A stretch of DNA of 64,000 nt, taken from Hyaloraphidium curvatum SAG 235-1 (lineage: Eukaryota; Fungi; Monoblepharomycota). The DNA is taken from positions 1-64,000 of the forward strand of contig JAIVFI010000025.1 in the NCBI GenBank assembly GCA_025558095.1, given 5' to 3'. The translations under genes were made by a program, and so were the position numbers. Shown here one piece after another: positions 46,442 to 60,046 of the stretch (position 1 is the stretch's first letter; the number at the start of each line of letters is the position of its first letter). The notes under the pieces were generated by a model that was given only the letters and a program-made list of their open reading frames with translations, was not told where the DNA came from and searched no databases.

Positions 46442-46990
46442 GGTGTTCGAAGAAAGAAGTGTGTAGCGCGCGCGAGCGGAGGAAGGGGGCGGCGCAGGGG
46501 ACAGCGGGGGATGGGACCGCGAGTGCTGAAGGTGCGGAGAGCCTTCGGTGACTCCATGCCCCGTCCCCTGCACTGCATGGACGTAGTGCTTTCACCTATT
46601 CCATTTACCCTGGGGCATTTTTGCATCGCTGTCTACATTTGGGTTTGCGGCTACTGACTCTGCTCCCAGGTAAGCACCTCGGCGAGCCAATTGACCCATC
46701 CCGGCACCGTTCGGCGCTTCATCCCAGTTTCGTTCTTTTCATGGTCCATTTCCTTCCAGAGCCTGTCTCTCTCTCCGTGATCATTGTTGGTGGCAACCAG
46801 GGTCGCCCCGGAAAGCTGCTCGTCCGCGTCATCTGCCCTTTCCTCAAGGCGGCCGACCTGGTCCCCCCGGTATCTGCGGCTCCAACCAGCTCCGCAACGT
46901 CGTTACACGAAAAGCGAAGCCCTGCCCCCCGAAATTTACCCTTCCATCTCGTAGAGCCACTGAGCCGTGCCCTCCGCCCGACGACTTACC

Positions 46991-47293
46991 TCACCGGCCG
47001 CCCTCCCAGCCGCCGTGGACGCCCCCTAAATCCCCGCGAACCGTGTTCGTGTTTGCGCGGCGGCCCCGCCCCGGCCCATCGCGAACTGTAGCCCGCGAGC
47101 CAAGCTTCCCATCGGCCCACCATTCCGAGGCACCGTTGCCGGGGGAGTGCCGCTCGGCCCCCCTGACGGCGGGAATCCCCGCCAAACAGCCGAAGCACGG
47201 CGCCGCGGCGTCCTTGTCGGCGTAGTGCGCGCACGGCCGTGGCTCGCTGCAGGGAAGGCCGGGGAAGGAGGCAGGCGCGAGGGAACCCGGCAT
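46991..47293 (-). CDS. Possible small or decayed member of the C-x-H..C-x-x-C family
   Basis: CAHYADKDAAAPCFGC after an ATG; remainder uninformative. Confidence 0.3.
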   Translation of the reverse strand: MPGSLAPASFPGLPCSEPRPCAHYADKDAAAPCFGCLAGIPAVRGAERHSPGNGASEWWADGKLGSRATVRDGPGRGRRANTNTVRGDLGGVHGGWEGGR

Positions 47294-47661
47294 TCTGCTT
47301 CCAACGGTGTTTGCAGAAGGGACGTGCGGCCCGCGTCCCCAAGGCCGCACGACCGCCGAGGGATTGTGGCGATTCCATTCCCCGACGCGGCGCCGCAAAA
47401 CAACGCCGCCCCTCCGGAATTGCATCGTGATGCATGCACCGGAAAGCGGAATTCATTCCGCTTGAAACCGTTGGTCCTGAAGCGACGGTGGGGGTGTGGT
47501 CCGAGTAGCGCAATGTGCGCAGGTGGCCCACGGCGGGATCCTCATGCCGATCCCTGGTCGACGACTATCGGCCCCGCGCCCGCAATAGAAGAAGCCATGC
47601 TCAGCTGCATTCTATCAAATCTAGTCTTCCAAGAGCAAAGAGGTGCGGTTCCAACGGCAAA

Positions 47662-49715
47662 TCAAGCCATCCCCCCTCCGTGCTTCATCGCGTCCGACCC
47701 CAGCTTCTTCTTGCGCATCCCCATCGAACAGATCAGCACCGCCGCCGCGAACCCGATCACCACGCGGAACATGAGCGCCAGCGTGTCCACGTAGGCCTGC
47801 TGCACCGGCACCCGCAGATCGTCGGGCAGCGAGGCGATGGCCGCGGGGGACTGGATGAAGGGCTCGATGGGGGTGCCGGGCGGAAGGTTCGCGGCCAGCT
47901 TGGGGCCGAGGGTGACGGTGTAGATCACGCCGAGGACGGCGATGCCGACTGTGGCGCCCAGGATCTGTGGGGCGAGGAGCATAAGCTGCAGGTCACATGG
48001 GATTGGGGCGCGCGAACAGACCTGCCAGAAGGAGATGTTGGCGGTGACCTCCGCCACCCGCCTCTGCTCCGTCGACCCCTGTGCGACCAGCATCACGAGC
48101 TGCACGATGCATCCGCACCCGAGCCCGGCGATGATCAGGAACCCAATCTTCTCGCCCGTGCTGCTGTTGAGGTTGAGCAGCGAGATGAGCGCCGCGCCGA
48201 CGGCGGCGAAGATGGCGCCGCCGGGGATCCACGGCCAGGCGTGGCCATTGATGGTGACAACGGCGCCGGCGACGATGTTGGAAAAGACGACGGCGAGGAT
48301 AAAGGGCAGGGTTGAGATGCCCGCCTGCGAGGCGCTCTGGCCGGCGGCGACCTCTGGATTGGGGAAGAGGTAAGAAGGGGCCTATCGCAACGTCCAGCGA
48401 CCCGCTCACGGAAGTAGATGGGAATGTAGTACGAGATGCCAAAGAAGGTGGTGCCGACAAAGAACGCCGTGATGAGCGCCGACAGGATCTCGCGGTTCCG
48501 ATAGAAATCGTTGGGCAGGATCCCGTGGCCCTTGGGGTGCAGCACCTCCCACGCCGTGAAGGCGGCGAGAACGAGCGCGCCGACAACCATGAACGAGATG
48601 ACGAACGCGCTGTTCCAAGGGTGGTCGACGCCGCCCGTGGTCAGGCCGACGAGGAAGAAGCAGACGCCCACGGCGAGCAGGCTGGTGCCGATCCAGTCAA
48701 GCTTCTTGAGCTTGGAAAGGATCGACTCGGGGTGCTCGGAAACGGGGGCCTTGGGCATCTTGAGGAAGAAGATGACGGTGAGGATGGTGATGGCGCCGAT
48801 GGGGAGGTTGATGTAGAATGCTGGAATGGGCGGGATGAGCCTGGCCGCATGAGATGTCCGCGACGCAACACGCACCCCATCGCCAGGTCAGCTTGTCGAC
48901 GAAGACGCCGCCGAGGAGCGGTCCTGCGACGCTGGCGATACCGAACATGGCGCCGATGATGCCCGAATAGGCCCCGCGCTGCAAAATTGCAGAGCATGTG
49001 AGTGACTCGTATTGCCCTAAAGCTGCGCGAGGCCCACCTTCTCGATGGGCACGAAGTCGGCGATGATAACCAGAACGAGCGAAAAGATGGCGCCTCCTCC
49101 CAGCCCGGCGATAGCCCTCCCGATAATGAGCACGGTCATGTTGGGCGCGACCCCGCACACGAGGGAGCCGAGCTCGAAAAGGCCGATGGCGATCAGGAAC
49201 ACGGGCTTGCGACCGAAGATGTCTGCCAGCTCGCCGTACGTGGGGATGAAGGGGATCGAGGTGAGGAAGTAGGCGATGCCGATCCAAGAGAGGCCCGAGA
49301 CGGTCTGGAAGTCCGTGACCACCTGGGGAATGGCGATCGAGACGATGGTCTGATCCAGGGCAGCGAGGAAGACGGCGAGGGCGAGCCCGACAAAGAGCAT
49401 GAAGAAGCTGAACTTGGACAGGCCGTGCAGGCTCGGCGGTTCCGCCGGCACGCCGGGCGCTTCGTCCAAGATGTCCTCGTCGACGTCCTTCTTGGCCTCC
49501 CCGGTGCTGCCGGCCAGCTTCTCCGCCGGAGCCGGCTCGGCGTGCAAGTCCGCGGTCTGCGCCGAGTCCGAGTCCGCGGCCGGGGCGTCCGCCATGGTTT
49601 CGGGGCTCTCGGCCGGGAGGGGCGAAGGTGGCGCGGGCGGCGAGGGGACGGCGGCCGCGGCGCCGGCGTCGGTCGGGGCGGGCAGGGCCGCTCCGTCCAC
49701 AGTGTTCGAGGCCAT
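47662..49715 (-). CDS. MFS drug:H+ antiporter (DHA2-like, 14 TMS), multi-exon
   Basis: [60 protein letters not shown] motifs. Confidence 0.95.
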
Positions 49716-50884
49716 GGCGGACTTTCGCGCTGCTTTGTCTTCAAGGCCTGAAGGCGGAGGAAAAGCAGGCGGAAGAACAGGGAACCGGGTCGGCCGGTGG
49801 TTTCGAGACGCACCAGCCAAGCGGCGACCTTTGCCTCCAATGGCGCACCGGACACGGATGCGCAGTGAATGCCGAAACACGAGACTCGTACTGCGGATTG
49901 TGGCGGGCAAGGCTTGGCAGAATGTGCCCTGCAGCCCCGATCCGTGTTTCGTTGGTGCTTGGGAGCGCTTGCGTCTGTGGCGCATCGGCCGCATCGGAAC
50001 AATCAAAGGCGGCCGGGAACGGGACACTGCGGAAGGCGTCAGACGTCACCAGCGGAAGAATCGATTGCACGGCCTCGACTTGTTCCGAAGATGGGCTTTG
50101 AGCCGGTCACATTCTCGCCCTGGCTGCACCGAGCGCTCGGGTCGATGGTCGCATCCTCTGGTCTTCGTCAACGTCCGCGCCGCCTCGTCGTCCCGGTCAG
50201 AGCCCAGTCGGTGACGGATTCAGATCTCAAAGTTCAGCCTAGCCGCCCGACCCCATCCTCTTGATTCGTAACCGACCTGGAGTAGAGCAGAGGTCTGGAG
50301 GCAAAGGCACAGACGCACGCCCGCCAACCCAGAATCTTCGCCGCACTTCGATTCAGCCTAGTTCGAGCATGTGATCATCGCACCGCGGGGCCTCGACGTG
50401 CAGTTCCCGAGGACGGCGTGGCGATGGGGGCAGTGTTGCTCGTTTAGGAGGTTCCGGTGCAGCCACGGGCGGTCGGTGGGTTTTGATGCGGTGCCATCGT
50501 GACATGAGCTGCAGCGGCGCCCATGCATAGGTGGCAGCGGTTTTGGTAATTGGATCTCGGAACTCTATATCGCGCAACACCGGCATGCACAGCCACTCGG
50601 CACCTCTCGCCCCCAAGTGCATCCCCCGTCCGGAGCGCCGCACCCGCCGGTCGCGAGGTCGTCGCGACAGAAGCCGTTTTGCGAGAGGATGTTTTAGCGC
50701 AGGGCCTGCTCTGCCACGAGCCCGCAGATAAGCGTCGGAGGTTGCATTCGGAACAGAAGAAGAACAAGCCCAGCCTGGCTGAACATCTTTCGAGATTTCC
50801 ACGATTGAATCCCCCCCAGTCTTCTGCGATCTGCGTTCCCTGAACTCAGGCACCAACGATATCGAGCCGTAGAAACTGGCCACG

Positions 50885-52997
50885 ATGGCTTCCGACAGCC
50901 CGAACGGCGCGGCCCTGCCCACTCCGACAGACGCCGCCCTCGCTGCCTCGGTTTCCTCGCCGCAAGCTGCACCGTCGCCCCCCTCGCCCCTGAACCCCGC
51001 CACCATGGCGGACGTTCCTGCCCCGGACTCGGACTCGGAGCAGACCGCCGACGCGCTCGCAGAGAAGTCGGCCAACGGCCTCGCCGCCAAGGGAAAGGAG
51101 GACGCGGACGTTGACATCCTGGACGACGCGCGCCCGGGCCTGCCCGAGGAGCCGCCCAGCCTGCACGGCCTCTCCAAGTTCAGCTTCTTCATGCTCTTTG
51201 TCGGGCTATTGCTTGCCGTCTTCCTCGCCGCCCTGGACCAGACCATCGTCGCCATAGCCATCCCGCAGGTCGTCACGGACTTCCAGACCGTCTCGGGCCT
51301 CTCATGGATCGGCGTCGCATACTTCCTCACCGCTGTGCCCTTCATCCCCACGTACGGCGAGCTGGCAGACATCTTCGGCCGCAAGCCCGTGTTCCTGGCC
51401 TCCATCGGCCTGTTCGAGCTGGGCAGTCTCGTGTGCGGGTTCGCGCCCAACATGACCGTACTCATCGTGCGTTTGCTTTGTCCGCTTGATGCTGCTTGCT
51501 GCGAGGGCTAACTCGGTTCCGTAGATCGGAAGGGCCATCGCGGGGTTGGGAGGCGGTGCAATCTTTTCGCTCGTGCTTGTCATCATCGCGGACTTTGTGC
51601 CCATAGAAAGGGTGGGTGTCGCAGCCGTTCCTGCATCTGGCCGTCGCTTACCTAGGGTTCACTCTGCAGCGTGGGGTCTTCACGGGCATCGTCGGCGGCG
51701 TCTACGGCATCGCAAGCGTTGCAGGACCCCTCCTCGGCGGCGTCTTTGTCGACAAGCTCACCTGGCGATGGGGTGCGTGGCGCCGCATGGACGTTGGTAT
51801 GCTCGTACTGAAGCCCAATATCTGCATCGGCAACAGCATTCTTCATCAACCTCCCCATCGGCGCCGTCACCATCCTCGCCGTCATCTTCTTCCTCAAGAT
51901 GCCCAAAACTCCCGAGGCAGAGCATCCCGAGTCCATCCTCTCCAAGCTGAAGAAGCTCGACTGGATCGGAACCGGCCTGCTTGCCGCGGGTGTCTGCCTG
52001 TTCCTAGTCGGCCTGACGACGGGCGGCGTCGACCACCCCTGGAACTCGGCCTTCGTGATTGGATTCATGGTCTCCGGCGCCGTCGTCCTCGCCGGCTTCA
52101 CGGCGTGGGAGGTGCTGCACCCCAAGGGGCACGGGATCCTGCCCAACGACTTCTACCGCAACCGCGAGATCCTGTCGGCGCTCATCTGCGCATTCTTTGT
52201 CGGCATGACCTTCTTCGGCATCTCGTACTACATCCCCATTTACTTCCGTGGGGCGCCTCCCTGGCTCACCGTTCGCTTCCGCCTTACCTCCTCCTCAATG
52301 CAGAGGTCGCCGCCGGCCAGACAGCCTCGCAAGCCGGCATCTCCACACTCCCCTTCATCCTCGCCGTCGTAATCGCCAACGTATTCGCAGGCGGCAGCGT
52401 CACCATGAACGGCCACGCGTGGCCCTGGATCCCCGGCGGCGCCATCTTCGCAGCCGTCGGCGCGGCCCTCATCTCGCTGCTGAACCTCAACAGCAGCACG
52501 GGCGAGAAGATCGGCTTCCTGATCATCGCCGGACTTGGTTGCGGATGCATGGTGATGAGCGTCATGCTGGTCGCGCAGGGGTCGACGGACCAGAAGCGGG
52601 TGTCCGAGGTCACCGCCAACATCTCCTTCTGGCAGGTTGGTTGCCGTCCCCAACGTCCCCGCGAAGCCTTAGCTGATCTCTTCGTCCCCCACAGGTCCTC
52701 GGAGCCACAGTCGGCATCGCTGTCCTCGGCGTGATCTACACCGTCACCCTCGGCCCCAAGCTGGCCGCGAACCTTCCGCCCGGCACCCCCATCGAGCCCT
52801 TCATCCAGTCCCCCGCGGCCATCGCCTCGCTGCCCGACGATCTGCGGGTGCCGGTGCAGCAGGCCTACGTGGACACGCTGGCGCTCATGTTCCGCGTGGT
52901 GATCGGGTTCGCGGGGGCCGTGCTGATCTGTTCGATGGGGATGCGCAAGAAGAAGCTGAGCTCGGAAGTCATGGGGCACGGGGGAGGGATGGCATAA
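50885..52997 (+). CDS. MFS drug:H+ antiporter (DHA2-like), divergently oriented paralog of 47662-49715
   Basis: Same motifs; largely shared intron positions. Confidence 0.95.
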
Positions 52998-53047
52998 GTG
53001 CCGTTGGAACCACCATTCTTGGAAAGCTAGACCATAGAAAGGCTCGG

Positions 53048-53797
53048 CTATCCGTTTGCCCTCGCTTCCCGGAGCGCTTCCATGTCGCCGTCCGGATTCG
53101 TGAGAGTTCGCTCCGCTTCGTCGTTCCCATCGATGCCCAGTGGGCTGCAGTTTCCAACCACCGAGTCCCACCGGAGCACCCCAGTATCTTCAATCCGTCC
53201 GTCAATCCGTCCGGCGGGGTAGCCGACCTGCGTCCAGTCGTCGTCCTCGTCGTCCTCGTCCCCCGCCTCAATACCGACATTTTCATTCTCGGCTTCCGTG
53301 TCCCTGAATTCTCCCGCCGTTTCCGCGCCGACCTCCCCGTCCGCGGCGTATAGTGACCGCGCTGGGTACTCGGCCTTTGACCATGTGGGCCGCACGTCCA
53401 CCCGCGGGTCGAACCGCACCCGCTTCCTGTGCCTCCTATCGGGATCGGGAGGGAACGTCCGGAACCGCTCCGACGGCGGCGGCAGCTTTTCGAACTGCTC
53501 CCCAAAGTCGGGCGTGGCAAACTCGTCGCTCCGACCGGCAGGCGGCCACCCCGGCGCCGGCAGCACCGCGTCCAGCCCGCGTGGAAACCTCCGCACCCCC
53601 TCCGACGCGTCCGTCCGCTCCGGAGGAGGGAGAGGGGGTGCGTGGCACGCGTAACAAAATGCCCCCGCTTCCGGGTAGTGCGGGCACGCGCGGTTGGTCT
53701 CCCGCCCGTCCCATTCCGCCTGCGCGGCCTCGGCGCCCTCCGGCGGACGCGGCCCCCGCGCTTCCGCCGCGGGCGACGCGGGACCGCCGCGCTCCAT
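53048..53797 (-). CDS. Disordered protein with CPH..CYACH motif and PP1-docking motif
   Basis: CPHYPEAGAFCYACH; KRVRFDPRVDVRPTWSKAEYPAR; acidic tail. Confidence 0.75.
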   Translation of the reverse strand: MERGGPASPAAEARGPRPPEGAEAAQAEWDGRETNRACPHYPEAGAFCYACHAPPLPPPERTDASEGVRRFPRGLDAVLPAPGWPPAGRSDEFATPDFGEQFEKLPPPSERFRTFPPDPDRRHRKRVRFDPRVDVRPTWSKAEYPARSLYAADGEVGAETAGEFRDTEAENENVGIEAGDEDDEDDDWTQVGYPAGRIDGRIEDTGVLRWDSVVGNCSPLGIDGNDEAERTLTNPDGDMEALREARANG

Positions 53798-54131
53798 GCC
53801 CGCAAAGACGCGTTGTTTGCCGCTGGTGGCGTCCGGCCAATCAATTGCGGCCGATCGCTGCCGCCAGTAGTCACCTCGCCGATCGCGGAGCTCGGGATGC
53901 GTAGGACGGCCTGCGACCAGGAGCCATGGTTCGGAGATGTCATGAAATGCATTCCCAGATGCTTACAGGGGCATGCGGATGCATGAATGCCCCGGTGTCA
54001 AGGCGGGCGGGCGGAGGTCCGGCCGCGGTGGCAAAGGCCCGGACCGGCCGAGCCAAAATCCTCGCTCCCGCCGCTTCTCCTCCGGCAACCGGTCGATCGA
54101 TTGACTGACAAGGGAGCACGACAGTTCTATA

Positions 54132-55155
54132 TCATTCAGCCACAATCTGAGGTTCGTACTTGTCGAAGAGGAAGGACTCGGTGTCGAACGTCTTTCCTTT
54201 CCTGGCCGCCGGATCCATCCCGTTGCGCCGCATGAGGTTCTCCCAGTGCGCCCAGGATCCGGCAAAGTGGATCACAAAGTCCCCATGCTGGAAAAGGACG
54301 TCAGATCCGACGCTTCGACTCGTGAACCGCAACACAGTCGGTGCCCACCTGCCAGGTCCGCCCGTTGGTCCCGTCCTCGAGGCTCTCCGTGCACCCGATC
54401 TCCTCGGCGTTCCCATTCAAGACCGTCTGGGGAGCGAAAGCCGTCCTCGCCCTGATCTCGGGGTCGGTCTCGAATAGCCTCGCCATCGCGTCCTGCTCCG
54501 ACGCCCGCTCCGGGTCCTTGACGGCCAGCTCGGCCCTCATCGACCAGAGCCGGCTCAGATAGTCCCTCGACCAGGCCGATCGGCGGATCATGTAGCTGCC
54601 GGCGTTGATCCCGTTGCAGTCGCGGGACAGGATCATCTCGAGCTCCGGCCCGTCGGGATGGGCCGCCCGGTGCGCCAGCTTGGCCTCGGCGACCACGCCA
54701 GCGAGCGGCACGGAAAGGTTCGTGATGAGCGTGTCGAGATCGAGCCACCAGGCCCAGTGCTCCGGAACCCCGACAGGGGGTTCGCTCCAGTCGGAAGCCG
54801 AGGTCCGCCCCACCGCCTCCCGGCTGAGCCCGTCGATCCTGCTCGAACCGAAAAGAGTCAGCTCCATCGCCGGGATCTTGCTCCACATTGCATCTCCGGG
54901 CCACAATGCCTCGAGGTGCAGCGCCCAGCGGTGCCCGTTCCGTCGTACGAAACGCTGCTTGTTGAGCAGGCTCATGTGGAGCCAGGGGCCTTTTCGTCCG
55001 GGGCTGGCGATGTTGACGAGGGTGAACTCGGGCTCCGCAGGTTCGGCGGCGGCCACGGCGTGAAGCCGGGGAGCCGGAGTCTGGCCGCGTCGCGCAAACA
55101 GCAGCGACAGCACGACCAGCGCCGCGAGGGTCAAGACCGCCGCGAGGCGTATCAT
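54132..55155 (-). CDS. Glycosyltransferase family 34 (Mnn10/Gmh-like), one intron
   Basis: Signal anchor; WSKIPA, WWLDLDTLITN (DxD), DCNGINAGS, EQDAM, WQ^HGDFVIHFAG. Confidence 0.92.
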
Positions 55156-55631
55156 GGACAGGATTCTCCGCCGCCCGAGGCGGCCGGGACCGGTTTCCAG
55201 CTGAAGCGGCATGGCGGCTGCGTCGATGTGCGGAAGGCCCGGTCACCTTTTGAGAGCGGAGTTTCTGTGCAACCGCTGTGCCCGAACGACACACACTCCA
55301 AAACGATGCAGCATTGCAGCTCTTTCGAGCTATGTCGGCGCTCGCTGCATGGCATCCTGTTTCGAGTTCTGGGCCCCCCTTCCAGCTGCTACCTTTGAAG
55401 CTTTCTCAATCTGCGATGCAATCGGAAGAACGAATCACTTTTTTCCCGGGCCTACACATCCCTCCACCGCTGATCACCCCACACGATCTACGTTCACGAC
55501 ATCAACGAGAGAATGATGCTGGAGGGCAGGCGCGGGAAGATGGCCGCGGACGAGGCAAGCCTCACGCAACATCCGCAAATGGCCTGGAACGAATCACCCC
55601 TTCAAGCATAACACGTCTATAATAGATCAAG

Positions 55632-58600
55632 CTAAAAGATCCTGTCGTTCCACCTGGGTATCAGCGGACCCTTCTTCGGCTTCTTCCCCCTCCCCGCACC
55701 GGCACCCGGCCCGGGCAACAGCATGTCCTCGTCCTCCTTCGAATGGACGTCCTTTGCGTCCCCGTCCCTCCCGTCGAGCTCGACCGTCTCCATCCCCAGC
55801 CACTCCCCGCTCTTGCTCCTCTCCATCGCCATGCTTGCCCGCTCCGCGACCTGCGCCTCGCGCATCTCCCTCGCCGTGCGCTTCCTCTCGTCGCGCTCCT
55901 TGCCCTGCTCTACCCAGCGCCCCACGATCCGGTCCACAAACAGCCACTCCCACAGCACGACGCAGCAGATAAAGTCCAGGAAGAACATTCCCGTCATGAA
56001 GAGGCGGAAGGTGCTGGGGATGTCGGGCAGGATGCCAAAGATCTGGTACCAGGCCCAGCTGAGCCAGACCGCCGCCGGCGGCGTGAGGAGGAGGAGCAGG
56101 ATCAGGATGAGGGCGAGGAGAAGGTAGATGACGTAGACAGTGTCCGTCCAGATCGGGGCGCGGAAGCGCGAGACCGCCGTGAAGGCCCAGGCGGCGGTAT
56201 AGAACTGCGTGTGGCCGAACAGCCAGGAAACGTTGTTCTCGTACGTCGTGAAGAGCCAGTTCCATCGGACCTGAGAAGTACGCGTCAGCCAGCGAGACTT
56301 GAGAATGCGACTCGACTGACCTGGAGATTCGAGTCGGGGTCGATGACGTAGCACGGGTACAGATCGTCCGGATCCGAGCCCGGCAGCGGTTGGAACGTCA
56401 GGGGGTCCAGCCCGACTGTTGCCTCTTCCAGCGAGCAGAACCACGGCGAATGGTACATGGCCACGATTACCAGAGTGAAGAAACCCAGGAAAAGCAGGAT
56501 CTGGCCGAGGATGGAGGTGACGACCTGCGGGTGGAACAGCGAGTCGGTCGGGCGCCGATCCGAGAGCTTATCGGCCGGGCCGAGGTTGAGCATGAACAGC
56601 TGCAGGCCAAAGACGACAATGAGGTCGTCGAAAAAGTACTCGTTGTTGGCGATGTTCGAGTGGATGTGCTGCAGATAGAAGGCGAACTGTGGATGCGACA
56701 CAGCACCTCGAGTCAGACATGCGAAGTCCCAACTCAAGGGTTGGTCGGCACCCACGGTGAGCTGGACGACTGGGTACATGAGCATGAACTTGAAGGCGGT
56801 GAAAGACGTCTCGAGCGCGCAGCGCCCCTCCATGAGCAGCTTGACCATGTCCGAGACCCGCTTGCTCCTGCTCGTGAAGGGCGCCACAATGGACGCCTCG
56901 GCGTCCGACAGCGCCAGCCCGACGTGCGCAGCCTTGAGCGCGCCGCAGTCGTTCATCCCGTCCCCGCACATGGCCACCACCTCCCCGCGCGCAATGTGCT
57001 CCTCCACGATTCTCGTCTTCATGGTCGGCCGGATCCGCGCCAGCACCGCCGCCCGGGCCACCACCCACTTCTCCATCCCCGGATCCCCGTCGGGTGGGTG
57101 CGTGGCCAGCAGCTCCAGGCACCTCGCCGTGACCGCCAGCGCGTGCTTCGGGTGCGACAACAGCTGCGAATGCAGCAGCGCGGGCGGCACCAGGAGGTCC
57201 TCCCTCCGCGTGGCTTCGCACGTCAGCGCGCCGTCACGCGCGTCGAGCACGTAGCACTCGTCTTCGGGCCCGTCGCCGACGATGCCGACCTTCCTGGCGA
57301 CCCAGATCCCCGTGCGCACGTCGTCGCCCGTAACCATCACGTTGCGCACCGCCGCCTCCTTGAGTGCCGCAATGGCGGGCGCCGAGGACTGCTTGACCGG
57401 GTTGCGCATCAACAGCAGCCCGGCAAAGGTGCAGCCGCGCTCCACCTCCCCGCGGGTCCAGTGCAGCGCGTCGGCCGGCACCGCGCGGACGGCCATGGCG
57501 AGCACGTACATGCCGTTACCGGCCAGCGCCCGCACCTTGGCGTCCCAATCGTCCGGCGCGGGGAGGGTGGCGGGGTCGCAAGCTGCCCGCACCGAGTCCG
57601 GTGACCCCTTGACGGTCGCGACCAGCTCACCCGACGGGAGCAGCACGACCGACGAGGAAAGCTGCAGCGCGTTGTCGAACGCGAACCTCCGCATGATGTG
57701 CAGCGCCTCCCCGTCCGGTGTCCGCACGGTCGCCACCGCCTGCGCGTCCGGATCCGGGAGCGGCTCCGGCTCCGCCAAAAGCGCGCATCCAGTGCCCCTG
57801 AACATCGCCAACTCCAGCGGTTGCCCGAGCAACCCGTCGTCAGCCTCCCCCGGGTCGTCCTCTTCGGGATCGTGCCCGTGGTGCGGCGGCAGCGGCACCG
57901 CCGAGCGCAGCACGGAATGGCACGTGGCCATGACCAGCGCCGCCGGATCGCCGACGGGGTTTCTCGCCCCCGCGGGCCCGGGCGGTCTGGCTTCCCAGCC
58001 GGACTTGGCGTCCCACGCCTCGAGGCCTTCCGAGACCACGCCCTCGCGGGTGAGCGTGCCGGTCTTGTCCCAGCAGACGAGCGTGACGCGGCCGGCAAAG
58101 TTGATGCGCGGGGGGTCGATGCAGCCGATCCCGTGGCGCGCGCGGAGGCGCGCGAGGGAGAAGCCGGTACCGATGGTGAGGACGATCGGGAGGGCGGGCG
58201 GGATTGCAATCGTGATCATGTCTGTGGGCAGAGTGTCAGCTCTCGAACACCCAGATGGACGCGAATGGCAACCCACCGAGGGCCGTGACCCACATCCCCT
58301 CGCTCCGCGTGCCTCGCTGTATCCCCTCCACCACGCGCTTGACCACCCCTACGACGGCGATCGCGAACAGTATGGCCAGGAACTTGAGGCTGTCCGAGTA
58401 GAACTTGAACGGCGGCGAGGTCGGGAACAGGAGGGAGCGGTGGAGCACCGAGAGCGGGGAGGCGGGGATCGGGGTGACCACGATGGCGAGCACTGGGCCG
58501 CCGCGGGCGTGGGAGGAGGTCGGCGTGGCCGCAGGCGGCACCGGGGAGGGGAAGCCGTCAGCGTCGACTTCGGTGGGTGCGAGGTCGGGGAAGGCCGGGA

Positions 58601-59876
58601 AGGCGGGGGGCGAGGTGGCGAGGATCCTCGAGCCGGCGTTGAGGAGGCCGCCACGAAGAGGCGCGCCGCTGCCAAACTCGGGCGCGGTCCGGATCACGGG
58701 TGCCGACTCGCCAGTAAGCCCGGATTCGTCGACGGTGGCGCCGCCTTGAAGGAGGAGCAGGTCGGCCGGCACGGGCATGGGGAGGTCCGGCGAAGAGGGG
58801 TCGGGGAGCACGACGATGTCGCCCAGCACGAGGTCCGAGGTGGGCAGGTGCACGGCCTTACAGAGGTGGTCAAAGTCCGGCGCGGGCGAAACCGGGCGTG
58901 AGAGATTCGCAAAGACATTGGTGAAAGCGGGGATGGGTTCGAACGGGCCGACCGGCCGAAGGACGCTGGAATGACGGCACCGATTGTCATCCCTGGTGAG
59001 CTTTTGGCCCCGTCGGTCAACCCACCTGACGAACCCTTCGGTGCCCGACATGGCCCTGACACCCTTTTCCGCCTGTGCCACGCTCCAGGCCTCCCACGTT
59101 ACGCTCCCGAAAGACATCACAAACACGAGGACCGAGAACGTGATGTAGCCCTCGTACATCCAGATGGCCGAGGCAAACACCTGGAACACGAAGAACGGTG
59201 ACAGCAGCCGCGGCAGCAGCAGCTTCCAGAAGGGCGTCAGGGGGAACGACAGCGTGTTGCGGCCGTCGCGGATCCGCAGCAGCCGCGCCAAAGCGTCCGA
59301 GACCGGCTTCGGAGGCAGCGCGACCGCGTCCAGGGCCGTCGTGGGCTCGTGCGCCACAAAGTCCGCTGCCAGAGGGTGGTAATGGTATGGCACACCGCGG
59401 TGCGAGAAGCGAACGATAAAGTTGTAGACGGGCGAGTCTGGTGCGAGGCCGTGCGCCGATTTAAAGGCCCCTACGGCCCAATCGGGCAGCCGATCGCGTG
59501 CCAGGGCATGCTGCGTCCATTTCTCGTCCGTCAAAACCAGGACGGCGGGTGTCCGGGCCCGGGCGAACCACCTGGGCTCGCCCTCTGTCCTCGCGATCTC
59601 CTCTGCCGCTTCCCGCGGCGAGCAGCGCTTCCGCCACACGCGGCACGCCCAGCGGGGGAACCAGCGGCCGAGCAGCAGAAAGGTGCCCAGGCTGAGCACC
59701 GTCAGCAGCGTCCCGAGCGCGATGCGGGCCACATTGTGTCTCGAAAAGAGCGCGGAGTAGAACTCCGCCGCCGGCCGCGGCGAGCGGGACGGCACGGCGT
59801 ACGGGTCCGCCGCGGGCACGCTCGGCGCCTCCTCCTCGCCGCCGCTGTCCGACGGCCCGCCACCCGGCCCCGTCAT
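55632..59876 (-). CDS. P5B-type P-type ATPase (ATP13A2/Ypk9-like), multi-exon
   Basis: LTGES, PPALP (P5B signature), DKTGTLT, KGSP, VTGD, MCGDGMNDCGALKAA. Confidence 0.95.
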
Positions 59877-60046
59877 CGCGCGCCCGGGCCGTGAAATCGG
59901 CGCGCGTGGTTCGTGGGTCGTTCGCGGGTGCAGCCGTTCGCAGACGGCGGGACCCAAGAGGGGACCGAACGTCAAACGATGGATCGGCGGAGGAGTAAGT
60001 ACAGCACTAATCGAAAGGACATATCGAGCTCTCCAAGGTCGCATCG

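Noticed and set aside
32290-52997. Secondary-metabolite biosynthetic cluster
   Set aside because: Tailoring-type enzymes and transporters are present, but no PKS, NRPS, terpene or RiPP core gene is visible.
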